Shown here in pieces: positions 41,242 through 54,069 of a stretch of 64,000 bases of DNA (positions are counted from its first letter, which is position 1; every line of letters starts with the position of its first letter). The notes under the pieces are model-generated. The model was given only the letters and a program-made list of their open reading frames with translations. It did not search any database and had not been told where the DNA came from. Location of the stretch: positions 695,379-759,378 of the forward strand of contig NW_003314324.1 in assembly GCF_000143415.4 (NCBI RefSeq), in the 5' to 3' direction. The position numbers and the translations under genes were made by a program. This DNA is from Selaginella moellendorffii (taxonomy: Eukaryota; Plantae; Lycopodiophyta).

Positions 41242-42708
41242 ATGAGCGAGAAGGAGGAAGAGATGAGAGACAAACAGGGTCCGCAGATCGGCACGGTGGG
41301 AGCGCTCGGCCTCTCGGTGATATCATCCGTGGCCATTGTAATTTGCAACAAGGCGCTCATCACTACGCTGGGATTTAACTTTGGTAACTGCATTGCTTTT
41401 GTTCTTGGATTTCTCTTTCCTCTGTGTGTTCTAATCTTTCTCGTACAATCTGGGTGGTATCACAGCGACCACGCTAACTGGCTGGCATTTGCTCGTCACG
41501 TACTGCTCCCTCCATGTCGCTCGCTGGCTCAAGCTCTTCGAGCACAAGCCGTTCGATGCGAGAACTGTGATGGGATTCGGCGTTCTAAACGGCATCTCGA
41601 TTGGCCTCCTCAATCTCACGCTTGGCTTCAACTCGGTTGGATTCTACCAGGCAAGAATAATTTCCTTTGTGCCACCTTATTCGTGAAGTCCAAGGAACGC
41701 GTTTTTTAGCTCTTTTGTTGTGCAGATGACCAAACTCGCGATCATTCCTTGCACAGTGCTTTTGGAGACGGTGTTCTTACGGAAAGTTTTCAGGTAACTG
41801 TGCTTGCCTTTGTCTCGTCGGTGGCTTATGATGGTTTACTTGTTGCAGTAAAAGCATTCAGCTTGCCTTGCTGCTACTTCTCGTTGGTGTGGGAATTGCC
41901 ACCATAACAGATCTCCAGCTTAACGCTCTTGGTTCTGTTTTATCCGTCTTCGCGATTGTCACGACTTGTGTTGCGCAGATCGTATCCTTTTGATTCACCT
42001 GAGTTTGTGCGTTTTCCAGGGGATCTCCTTAACGTTCTTGTTTGCGTCAGATGACCAACACTATTCAGAAAAAGTTCAAAGTTTCGTCCACGCAGCTACT
42101 ATACCAATCTTGCCCTTACCAAGCTACAACGTTGATACTTACTGGTCCTTTCTTGGATGGCCTTCTTACTGGGGAAAATGTGTTCGCTTTCTACTACACC
42201 TACAAAGTTCTGGTAAGCACATGCTTTTTATCCGCCTATGAAACGCCTTTTTTTTTCTTTGCCTCTGCAGCTATTCATCATCCTTTCTTGCTTGATTTCC
42301 GTTTCTGTGAACTTCAGCACATTCCTTGTTATAGGGAAGACGTCGCCGGTGACTTACCAAGTCTTAGGCCACCTTAAGACGTGTCTCGTTTTGGCCTTCG
42401 GGTACATTCTGCTGCAAAATCCTTTCAGCTGGAAAAACATTTTTGGTATTGCGGTGGCGGTGGTGGGAATGGGTGTCTACTCCTACGTTAGCGTTTTAGA
42501 AAACCAGCTAAAGCAAAACGAAGCTGCGACAACTCTTCCTCAGGTATATGCAGAAGCTGGTTTGTTCAGAGGCTTGATATTGTCTCTACAGGTGATGAAG
42601 CAGGAGCAGGATCCTTTGCTGCACGAGAATGGAAATGGAACAGCTCAAAAGGATGTCGAGGAACCTGTGACAACGTGGATCAAATCTGACTCAGGAAAAG
42701 ATTTTTGA
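41242..42708 (+). CDS. UXT: Nucleotide-sugar transporter, UDP-xylose transporter (UXT)-like
   Basis: LSVISSVAIVICNKAL, LGFNSVGFYQ, KFKVSSTQLLYQSCPYQ, GKTSPVTYQVLGHLKTC. Confidence 0.9.
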
Positions 42709-43095
42709 GGCTCTCATCGTTGCTCTATAATTGTAGATAAGGTGTGTGCTTCTTTCTTTGTCCTGTCATCTCTTAATGGGCGGTTCACACTGCACAGGTG
42801 GCGATGCTAGCTTTACAGCCAGTGCACGTAAATACATTGCATGGCTCGATAACAAGCTTTTGTGCTTCTGCGAAGAAGAATGCAAGATTTTTTGTAGAAT
42901 TTGAAAGGTCTGCTTTTGCTAATGGCGACTTTAGCGTTACAGGGTGTAGTGACTTTTCTTGCGTTTGCTGGTACCGCCTATATTTTATCAAGTATATGAT
43001 CGTGTTATGCTTATTGGCACTTGCGTGATTTGCTACAGAATCACGATCGAAATGAATGAGACAGGTATCCTCCTTTCCTATTGAATTTAGGACAC

Positions 43096-44558
43096 TCACC
43101 GTGTGTTACTCTCTTTGCCAGGCCAGAGACTCATGTCGGTCTTTGGGATTGGATTATATGGATGGTGCTCCCAGTATTCTTGAGGGGCACTTGCCTGTGC
43201 ATGATGGTCTCCAACGAGCATGGCTGGATCCATGTCCTCCATTTGACGAACAACGTCCACGTCCCATATGCCGTGATCAACATTGGAGGGAGGATTGACA
43301 AAGGCATAACTAAAACCTTCCTGGTTTCTATGAACGTTGTCGGACTCCGAGAACAGAACTTCCTGCTCGGTCTTTACTCCGTTGCCTTCCCAGTCCACAT
43401 TCACCGGGTTATACTCAAAAGGAATGCTGAGGAACTCGCTGTTGGGACGTGGGAAATAGCTGCTGCTGATGACAACAGAGTCCGTGCAAGACGAGCTCAT
43501 TGTTGCTGAGTTGAAGGAACTCTGCAAGCCCCGCGTCTGGTCCCAGTAGTTTGCGAAGTTGAAACCACCTGGACCGGCAGTTCTAGCGACGGAAGCCGCC
43601 ACACCGTGCTGGTTATCGGTGTGGTCCTGGACTGTAGAGGAACTATTATGAGAAAACATACTCGCCGGGGATGCAGGGGGTCCTCTTGCGGATGATGTTC
43701 CAACGTCAGCATCGAGAGAGCCGTGTTCGTGGTCATCTGTGAGCAGCTTGTGGAACGAGACTTTACCTCTTTGGCTGGGCCTTCCGCGTGGTGGCCGATG
43801 ATGGTGGTCACTGGACGAAGACGAGGATCCTGCATTGGTGCTCTTGCTCCGCTGACAGGAACAAGAGCCTCTTCCTTGCATGGCCTCCTGTTCCACTTCT
43901 TCCAGAGGCCTGTGAGTGTGAGGATCGATCCCCATGCTACGGAGCTTCTTCTTGAGGTGAGTGTTCCAGTAATTCTTTATTTCGTTGTCCGTGCGTCCTG
44001 CTAACCGGCCCGCGATCAGTGACCATCTGCAGATAATATGAAACCATGGATTAGGATTTGGAAATTCAGACTTTTGGACAAAGCATCTTAGCATGTGGTA
44101 CAAAATTGATGCATTTTTCGGAGAGACTAACTCGAATTTGTTTCAGAATGAGAGAGATCAAGGAGAAGACATGATAATTCAGTCCAGTGCAAGCCGGCAG
44201 AAACTCAAGCAGCTCTCCATTTTTACCTGTTACCAAGCAGCGAATGCAACTTAATGATGAGCTCGTCCTCCTCCTCGGTGATGTTTCCTCGTTTGAGATC
44301 AGGCCGGAGGTAATTGATCCACCTCAGCCTGCAACTTTTACCACACCGTCTAAGTCCTGTGCAACAAAAAAAAACATGAGCGTAAGGTATGTAAGTGAAT
44401 TCATCAAAATTGACTGGCTTAATACCTGCTTGTTTCGGCAATGTACGCCAGGATCCTTCGCCGTGTGCGGTAATATACTTGATCAGGAGAGCATCCTCCT
44501 CTCTCGTCCAGGGGCCCCTGTTGAGTCCCACTTTTTCGCAACATGGAGCCCGCCCCAT
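43096..44558 (-). CDS. R2R3-MYB transcription factor, 3 exons
   Basis: [18 protein letters not shown]..., [52 protein letters not shown]. Confidence 0.96.
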
Positions 44559-45547
44559 CCTCGTCCTTGTCTGCAAAAACAATCCCCATGGAGGCGGCCA
44601 TCCTTTGATATCAGTACCACGAGTATGTTATAAAGAGGAGGAGAATTCTCTGCCGGGACAGAGAGCACAACTGCGAGTCCGCGCTCATACTTACATGACT
44701 CCGAGTCCGCGAGAGCGTGGAATTTAAGTAAGCCTTTGCGAAAGTGACTGTGAAGGACTTGGTGTGAACTTTGCTTACTCGTTGCTTATTGCTTCAGCAG
44801 GATTACCGGAGGAGGAGGAGAGTATGCCTGCACGGATTTGCAAGAGTCAATAGTGGCGCAGCGAATGCATTTGAAATGGGAGACACAAGCGTGGAGTTTC
44901 TAAGCTGAACGATCCTGACAGTGGGAGAGACTAGAAGAGAAAGACCAGGCGACTAAACTCACGAGAATTCCTCTTCGTCAAGAGGTGCGTAAGAGATGTT
45001 GGACTAAAATGGATTCTCGTTTGCTTGGTTAAGCACAGTTCTAGTAGCTCCCTGGCCAGCGCCCTCGACTTTAAAAGTTGCTCGTGAACTTTCCAAGAGA
45101 TGAACATGCAAGCGGGGGCATCAACGTCGCCGACAGCGAAATCTATCGCATCAAAGTTTTTTTTTTTTTTCCTTCTTTTCTTCCTTTTTGTGTCAGGAAG
45201 AAAAAATGGATCCGGGCGCGCTAATAGGCAGCCACTAAGCCGGATTAGACACAGAGAAGAGAGAAAAGGTGGCAGGCAGTGGCACGAAAACGCAATCGCA
45301 ATCCAGCACAAAACACAACATAGTCAAGAAAGATGACGCACCCGACTGGCGGGATAGCGATACCGCGCCCGTTGGATCCGGGCACCAGAACGGACGGCCC
45401 ACATTCGAAGTTGGCCCGCCAGCCGTCCGATCGGGGATCTCGCAACGGTGAATGCCTAGAGATTATATCTCTTTTTTGGCGTGGAAAGGGGGGCTCTTTT
45501 GTCAATGCAGCTTGGATCCTCACAGCTTTCACTTGCAGCACGGAGTG

Positions 45548-45548
45548 A

Positions 45549-45580
<32 letters not shown>

Positions 45581-45583
45581 AAG
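45548..45583 (+). repeat. (GA)n microsatellite upstream of the MYB gene
   Basis: gagagagagagagagagagaga. Confidence 0.85.
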
Positions 45584-46389
45584 AATGGGTGCTCTGATCG
45601 GCCCAGCACCACCCATCCCTCGCGAAGGAATCATTTTCTGGAAGAAATTTTTGAACATGTTGGATGAGCGAGCGTGTCAGATCCAGTGGCACACGGCCTT
45701 GAATTTTATGCTCACGATTCTCCCGTACGCTCGCCCCATTGCTCCCGTACTGAGAGTGTTCTCTTCTCCGTACGGACGGGGGCAAGTGTACGTTCCGTAC
45801 CATGCCCAGATCGTTGTATACATTCATTCTTTCCTGGTCTTGCGAATCATAGAATCGGTTTTCTTTTTTTCCTTCATGTTTTTTCCTTTTGTTTTTTCAA
45901 TTAAACTTTTCTTTTTCACGGCCGGGAATCCCTTCGCATACGGCTGCCTTCGCACGAGAAAGCGACCCAAGATTATTTGCTTGAAAAAACGCCCCCCAGA
46001 TGAGATAATTACCGAGCATCGTGCAGCGCTGCCGCCAATGATCGAGCAAAGTCTTACGTAAACACCACCTCTCTTTTCCCTTCTCCCTCGCAGTCCCATT
46101 CCTCCACCAAACGCCCCCAATGCTCTCTCCCTGTCAATCCATAGTCAGACACCACCTGTTTCCTCGCTTATCGCCGACGCTGACGCGAAAACCCTGCCGC
46201 TTTTCTCCACGTTACAAAAGGAAGAAAAGAAAAAAAACACTTCCATCCATACCTCCGTATCAAATTCGTGGATTTCAATCGGACACTGGTCCAGCCGAGC
46301 TGAAGCTATCAGAATTGACCGCTGGGAAAAAAACCACCAAATTCTTATCCCCTGGCCCTGCTCCAGGCTCCCAAAAAAAAAAAAAACAC

Positions 46390-49300
46390 TCACACCTTCG
46401 ATGACCATCTCCAAAGAGTGGAGTACTCGCCCGTTTTCGGCTGCTCCGAATCACGGACTCCCATTCCCGTTCCCATCCTAGTAAAGATTGCCATCTGCGA
46501 AGCGAAACCTGGTTCTTGGCCGGGCGTCCCACCGACACCGGAGAACTCTACCGAGTAGCCGTATGTACAAGCTAAGTCCGAGGCCCAGTCGCTAAACTCC
46601 GCCCTTGTCCACTCAAACCTGTGGTCGTCGTTTCTAAGCCGGACAGTTTCGTCACCCTCTGCCTTCTTTGCGTCTAGAGTTTCCTCTAAGCCTTCGCTCT
46701 TCTCCTTTCTAGTTACTATGCCGTGGAGGATTGGATTGTACTCGATGTTTGGAGTCGACACCAGCAGTACCTTCGGTTGCATTATCCCAAGGATGCTCTT
46801 CCCGAACCTTGATAACGGTTCCGGATCCATATGCTCGACCACCTAGAAAATAACCAGCAGAAAGAAAAACTGTGTATAATGAAACACTTGCATTACCTCT
46901 AGGCAAGTTGCAACGTCAAAGTGATGGAGCCGGTGATCTGGCTCCACAATCGAGCCTTCATACAACGTCACGCTCTCCAGGGCACCACGGAGTTTCGCTA
47001 GCTTTCCTTGTAGTGACTACAAAAGCACCAAAGTTAGATTGGAAAACCCAAAACGTAATACGTTTGGTACCTTCGATGCTCTTGTGAGGCTTCTCAAGGA
47101 GATATCCACACCGACTATATGCTGCAGGCTGTTTGGCTGTTCAACTATAGCTTCCAAAAAGCTCCCTGATCCACACCCGAAGTCGATCTAAACAAACCAC
47201 ACTAAGCATTCATCATTAGCAAAATAGAGATGGCTTACCAAGGATAAAGCTTGCGACCGTTGGAAAAGCTCAAGCGCAAAATCGATGCGCTGTCTCGAAA
47301 GCGGCGGTGAAAACACGGCGGACTCCATCCTGGCTTCAGCAGCCTCCACATATTTTAGCAACGAAACGGTGTACTCCAGAGACAAGCTCCCTGAAAAAGA
47401 AACAAAAATAAAAAAGTAAAAAACATTCGTATCACTAAAAAATTCAGGGAGCCAAAATTGTCAAAGTACCTGGAAGAACATCGTGGAAAAGAGCTGCGTC
47501 GACCTTCTCAGTAGCCAGCAGCAAATCGACGGACGGCAAAGGCGTAGAGAAGCGAGCACTCTGACCAACACACATGCCAGTAACACATGTGTCGAGAAGG
47601 CCAAGCACAGCCCCACTGCCCAGTTCGAACTCAAAGTCACTTTGCTTCTCTACATTTATAGCAACAGCCCCGACACATAATCTGGCACTGTACTCCACAT
47701 GAACCATGGAGCCGATAGGTGGCCTGTCGCAAGTCTTCTCTTCTCCTTCAGTAACCTCAAAGAGAGCCTGCTTGCTTGTTTCATCCTCACCGGAGCTTTG
47801 GTTCAAGCTACTCATGAGATGAGCGAGTGAAGTGTCGAAGTAGAGCAATGCTTGCAAACAGGCGCTCTGTATTGCGTCGTTGCGGTTCCTGTATGACCTC
47901 TCGGACTCGAATTCCCGCGGTGCACCACACACGAGCATTCTCAGCTTGCACAGAAACGGTCCTTGCGCAGCGTTTACGTTGCCATTGTTCTCGGCTTGAT
48001 CTGTCTGGTCCGAAGTATCAGCTGTGCAACCGTGATCTTCATATCCGGCGCATGAGTCGTTTGAGTCTCCTTTGACGGGGTAAGAGCAGAACGTCGGAGC
48101 CAGAAGGTGAGACTGGTGGCAGAACTCGTTTAGTAGAGACCGTGGCGTCGAGCCTCTCCACCTCGATTTTGATGTGAAAGTCGGTGGAAGTTCAGCCGTC
48201 AAAAGAGCCCCTCTCGAAAGCTTGTAGCTTCCAGATGGAGATTTTCCAAGAGCTAGCCTGGTGAAAGTGTTAGTTCACTAAATAAGTTTGACTTTCAGAA
48301 TGTACCTGTAGTAGCACCCCAACGACACGTCGTCGTAGCAAAGGCGACCTTCGGACTTCCAGGTAGAGCCGACAGCAGCGAGAATAGCATTACCATACAC
48401 AGAATGGCTAGTAAGCGTACTTGCCCGCATATTTACTCCTGAACTCTTATCATCTCTTTCAGCAAGGCGCCAAAACAAACGAGTCCCAGAGGGAGCCTTG
48501 GTAATAGATCTGAAAAACACAAAGTCAGACCGAATAAGGAAACACGTAAGAAAACTTCTATACCTCGAGATTAGTACGCGAGCACCATCGTCGATGCCGA
48601 GCTGACGTGCTAGAACATCCATGTAGTAGTCACTCGGATCGATATTTATCCGTATAGCAGAAACCGTCCTGTCGAGAGCAAATGGTATGTAGACCGCATC
48701 AAAGTGAATTTTCTCGGAGGCAACTGAAGCTTCTGTTGTCTGTTCCAGCAGTCCACTCTTAACGTGTGCTGGAAATGGCTCCACTCTGCTGATCCACATG
48801 TTAGCATCACAGGCCAAGACTGACGACCCCTTAGCTGCCTTATAAACAAGCTCTAGTGCGCGGGCTGGATTGCCATCCGAGATGTTATCGAGAGCCTTGC
48901 ACATACTGATGATTTTCGTATCCAGGGATGCGAGAACAGTGGCTGGCACGGGTGCATGACTCTTGCCCCTACGGACAATGGCTGCTCTAAAGTGCTCCAT
49001 CAAAGGCTTGTAGTTCAACACACACTGCACTAACACTACAACAGCATAAACCCGGATGCCTCTAAAACGCGTAGCGTCGTTTGAAACAGGAGGAAGGACT
49101 CACCTCGTTGGAGAAAGCCGTTTCAATCCGAAGCTTCAGTTCGATCCAGACTTCCTCCGACGACTTCATGGTGCTGAAAGCAGCAGCCACGCTTTCGAAA
49201 GGCGTACCAATCTACAAAAACGAAAGCCAAGTCTTTAGAAAAATGAAACAAAGATACAAAGAGAAACGAGAAAACAAAAGAATGTTACCTCATGCAAGGC

Positions 49301-49516
49301 CTTTCGTGCTGCGTCCTGCTCCGCATCTTTCTTTCGCCTACAAGGCTCCGAGACGACGACTGCTCCATTTGGAAGCTCCACTTTGCAGTAGAATGTGGAT
49401 CCAGACTGTAGCTTCGGCGCTGGACAACCAGGAGGCCTCCCAGATAACGTAAAATACCGCGGTTGCCCATCGGAGGCACTATAGAGCTGATTAAGTCGGG
49501 CCTTCGGCGTGGTCAT
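46390..49516 (-). CDS. HEN1: Small-RNA 2'-O-methyltransferase HEN1
   Basis: dsRBD TPKARLNQLY, FKBP-like insert, FSPPLSRQR, DFGCGSG, EVVEHM, VSTPNIEYN, RNDDHRFEWTRAEF. Confidence 0.95.
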
Positions 49517-50408
49517 GGCTGTAGTGAAGCCACCTAAACTTATAACACAAACAAAAAAGTTAGCAACTTTGATCGTAGCGAAGGGAGAAATATCTTAAGA
49601 TGAGAACATGAGAAACAAGAACACGCAATCAAAACAAGTGAAAAAAAAACGAAAAAACGAAAAAACAAAAAAAAAACGCTTACTGCAAGAGAATCAGCTA
49701 GAGACCAAATATATGCAAAAATGTGGCAGATTTACTATGCTAGAGCGCTCGATCTAGATCAAAACAATCGCACAAGAGCTTGAGAGAAGACAATGAAGGA
49801 AACAAACCCTATGCAACAGCACTGGCGAGGAGAATCGAGCTAAATAAATACGCAAACGCGCAGGGAAATCGAGAGACGCGCCACTCAGCCTTACCAATTC
49901 CCGCCAGGTGCTGGCGCTTTGCTTCAGCTCCAATCCAGCGCCATTCACGAAACGCTCCAATTCAGCTTTAACAGGCGTAAAGAGCGGAAGAACCCTAGAA
50001 GACCGTACGAATCCAGCGCGTGGTTGTACGGCGACTACGTGGCGCCCCGCCATTGCGCGGAGTTTAAAACGCTCGTCCCGCATCAAGGTGATGACCCATC
50101 ACTTTCGCTTCCACCAAACGGCCCAACAACCGTACGTGGAATAGATAGCGGAAGATCGACGGCCCAGATTAAATCGCTAGTCGAGGAGTGAGCGAGGGCT
50201 AGGGTTCTTCAGGGGAACGAAGCGCTCGCTCCGCTAGGTACGTGGAATCCAGCTGCCAGCTCGACTAGATCGAGCAAATCTCAGGCCAGATTGGAGCGCC
50301 AGCAAGAAATTTCTTCCAGATCGAAGCGCTCGATGCTTGGAAGTTTCTAGCCCGGCTAGACCGAAGAGCCAGCGGGAAATTCCTGGAATGGACTAGAATC
50401 TAGCCGGG

Positions 50409-52942
50409 ATGGAGGTCCAGCGACGAGAGCGCGACAAACCGGCAGCGATTGGAGCAATGCAGGTGGAGCTGGATGACAAGGAGGATAGATCTACCACAGC
50501 GAAGCCGGCGCCGATGCACGTCCAGCGCCGCGATCGCGACAAGAGCGATGGATTCGGGAATGGGGTAGCGTACAAGGTCGTGGAGACGAGATCCGACGAC
50601 GAGATCAGCGGGATGAATCCAGAGGCGCCTGATACCCAGGCTCCGTCTGTGGGGAGATCTTGGCCGGAGTTCGTGAGCTCTCCAGGGGATTTCTTCGCCA
50701 ACAATCCCATCAGAGCCTTCCTCGTCGCGGCATTCTTTCTCAGTGTGTTGCTCCTGGTGCTACTCAGTCGACAAGGAGGTGGTTCTACGCTGTGTGACGA
50801 GGCCAAGCCGGAGGTTCTCACGTATCCCAGCGTCAACTTTGGGAGAGTCCATCACCTCAAGGACAAGGCTCGCTTTGCTGCCGTGAAAGCGGAGAATTGG
50901 ATCGTCCTGTGCGTGACCGGGGCTCCCACGGACGAGGTGAGAGGGATGGTGAAGCTCCAGGGGTGGCAAGTCTTGGCTATAGGCGACACTGATACTCCAG
51001 CGGACTGGCTGGTTCCAGGGGCGATCTTTCTCTCCACCGATTTGCAGACCACCTTCCGGTATAGGATCACTTCGCTGCTGCCTTACAACTCCTACGTCCG
51101 GAAGAGCATCGGCTACCTCTTCGCCATCCAGCATGGAGCTGTGAGGATCTACGACGCTGATACGCACTCGACGTTTCTAGCTGGTGGCCATCTTGGGAAG
51201 TCGTTTGATATCGAGCTGAGCCCGAGGAAGACGCTGTTGCAGTACAAGGCGAAGAACAGGACGCTGGTGAATCCTTTCATCCACTTTGGACAGCGTTCCG
51301 TGTGGCCTCGCGGGCTCTCGCTCACGTCGGTTCCAGACATCGCTCCGGAGTTTTACTACGATGAAGTTTCTGGAGGAAACCAGTTCATCCAGCAAGGAAC
51401 AGGCAATGGACTTCCCGACGTTGATTCTATCTTCTACCACACCCGGAGGCTTGCAGGGGAGCCGATCAACATTGAGTTCGATCATCTGGCTCCGGAGGTG
51501 GCTCTCCCGCGTGGAACTATGGCTCCTGTGAACTCGCTCAACACTTTGTTTCATGAGCAAGCGTTCTGGGCGATGATGCTTCCAGTTACCGTGCACACTG
51601 CCGTTTCGGACGTCATCAGGGGATACTGGGCACAGAGGCTCCTTTGGGACGTTGGTGGTATCGTCGCTTTCTATCCTCCTTCAGTGCATCGGCTCGACAC
51701 GCTTGAAGGCTCGACGTTTGGGGACGAGGAAGATTTACTACATGACTGGGGGCAGCTTATTGATTTTCTCAAGTCGTGGCACTCGAGCAAGAGTACGTTC
51801 TTCGAAAGAGTTCTCGACTTGAGCTACGAGATGGCGAAGAACGGTTTCTGGTCTGGACAGGACTTGGCTCTCACCGTGGCTTGGCTTCAGGACCTTGTGT
51901 CAGTTGGCTACAAACCGCCAAAGCTGCAACCTGTGGAGAACACGATCAAGGGATCAAGGCAGTTTCTACCTCAGATCCTCAAGCCTGTTTATCCTGGCGT
52001 TACTGATGCCGTCAGTGTCGAGAAAGAGATGGGCCATCTCCTCAAGTGGCGAAGCTCTTCCGCCAATATGGTTTTGATACTGGAGTGCGACTGGGCTCGC
52101 AGGTCCAACATACCGGTTTGGCGAATGCTGTATGGACGCCTTTTCAAGCACGTTGTGGTGATATCAACGGAGGCTGATTCTACGCTGGGAATAGACGTTG
52201 GAGGCGGATGGCAGGCATACTCGTAAGTAACTTTTCATTTATTTTCAGTTTTTCTAATCGATTGCTTGTGACGCAGATCGTTCCCTGGTATATTTGATAA
52301 GTACCCCGAAGCAGCCGGTTTTTTATACCTGAAAGATCACGTTGTTTTCAATTACTGGAACATGCAAGGAAACAACAAAAAGTTGTGGACAATGCATGAG
52401 GTAAGTAGTATATCGACGCAAAGAAACGCAAAGAAGCATTGGATTTACGTGCTTTGGTGTCATTGCAGGTAAAGTCGTCCTGGACAGTCCACAGTTTCAA
52501 CGAGACGGGCACCATCTGGTTTCTCAAGAGCAGCATCAAGAGAACAGTGACGAAGACGATATACAACCTGCCCGACAAGCTCAAAGCGACCTACCGGGAG
52601 ACAATGGACGACACTAAATTCATCCACAGCTCGTCCGACTTTTTCTACATTCCCAAGCGACTGGTGGACGATTTCAAGGACCTGGCATCCGTGGGCGTGC
52701 AGAACAAGCTCGCGCACGAGCTCGCAATGCCGCTCTTCTTCCTGGCCATGGACCGGCCCTCCCAGTTCGACAGCCGCGCCTTCGCTAAAGTTGCCTACGT
52801 TCCAGGCGGTGAAGACCCGACGTCCCACTACTCCATCGACTTGAACGTCCTGTATCCGTGGAGGGCCGCGACGGAAGAAGATTTGTTTCACATCATCAAG
52901 GCGCTGTCGGTGGGAGATCACCTTCTACTGGCAGTTTTGTAG
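50409..52942 (+). CDS. STL: STELLO-like glycosyltransferase (DUF288), 3 exons
   Basis: GWQVLAIGD..TPADW, LPYNSYVRKSIGYLFAIQHGA..IYDAD, VNPFIHFGQRSVWPRG, NGLPDVDSIFY, SDVIRGYWAQRLLW. Confidence 0.93.
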
Positions 52943-53169
52943 TAGCAGCGCGTGCAACAGGGTATTGTATATCACGAACTACGAGTGCTTCCTCAAAGGT
53001 ACCTACATATATTTTTTTCACAAGACGGTCTAGACTTTCGTTGGATCGAGCAGCAGTAGCACCCGAGGTAAAAAAACGATTTTTTTGTTTTTGGATTTCC
53101 TCTTAAAACTCTCTTTTGCTGTAGTAGTGACGGGGATTTCGCGGATCATGAGATCGTAGACTCATCATC

Positions 53170-53775
53170 TCAAACGTTTTCACTTGTAACAACACCGCTG
53201 GCTCCGGCATCCTCCTCGCGTTCTTCCTGGTACTTTTCCTTGCCGCCACCATCTCTCTCACTGTGCTCTTCCTCATCCTCGCTTTCAGGAGCCGCTTCGT
53301 CGGAGAAGAGGTAGCCGAGCCCCTCGACGAGCCGCGCCGGGCCCCCGGACTCCCGCCGGACGCTCAGCTGCGTCTCCTGGACCCAGCAGCGCGGCCACAC
53401 GTCCCAGTCGAGCCGCGCCTTCTCCGCCTCGAGGAAGTCGTGCGCCCGGCGCCACGACTCCCTGAAAGGCATGGACAGCGCGGCCATGTCCCTGGCGATC
53501 CTCGACAGCCGCTCCACGCCATCGTCGTCCAGGCAGGCGGAGCCGTCCTCTAGAGCTCGCGCCAGGGCGTGCGAGTAGGCCATCTCCTGGTTCGTGTAGA
53601 CGCACTCGGCCTGGGGGGGCGAGTGGTGGTTCCTCTTGGCTCTTGGGCGGTACTCGAGCGTGGAGAGGACGACGTAGACGGCGGTGGTGGTGGAATTGGA
53701 GCTGCCGGGGATCGCTGGTGCTTGCTCTTGCCTGCTGTTCGATGATGATCCAAGCCCATATCCATACGAAAGCAT
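53170..53775 (-). CDS. Hypothetical intronless protein (~200 aa), no recognised family
   Basis: GC-rich open frame with protein-like composition and an acidic tail; start codon uncertain. Confidence 0.5.
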   Translation of the reverse strand: MLSYGYGLGSSSNSRQEQAPAIPGSSNSTTTAVYVVLSTLEYRPRAKRNHHSPPQAECVYTNQEMAYSHALARALEDGSACLDDDGVERLSRIARDMAALSMPFRESWRRAHDFLEAEKARLDWDVWPRCWVQETQLSVRRESGGPARLVEGLGYLFSDEAAPESEDEEEHSERDGGGKEKYQEEREEDAGASGVVTSENV

Positions 53776-54069
53776 TGCAATCGTGCTGCCAAGACGCTCA
53801 TCTTTGCCTGACCTAATTCTCCGCGCTTTGGCGCCTTTTTTTAAAACGGCCGAATATACTTTTGAGGAATATTCTTAAGGAATCTTAGCACGAATATTCT
53901 TCTTTCAATATCCTTGGAGATTTTTCGATTTCTCGATCGCTTCGAGTTCCTTTCCGTCTTTCTATGATCTATGGTGGACTCGAAACTTGATAAATGAATG
54001 AGTCACGACGCATGACGCTCGAAAGAATTGAGTGTAGAGAATAGAAGGGAATCGGTACCTCGCTGGAGA

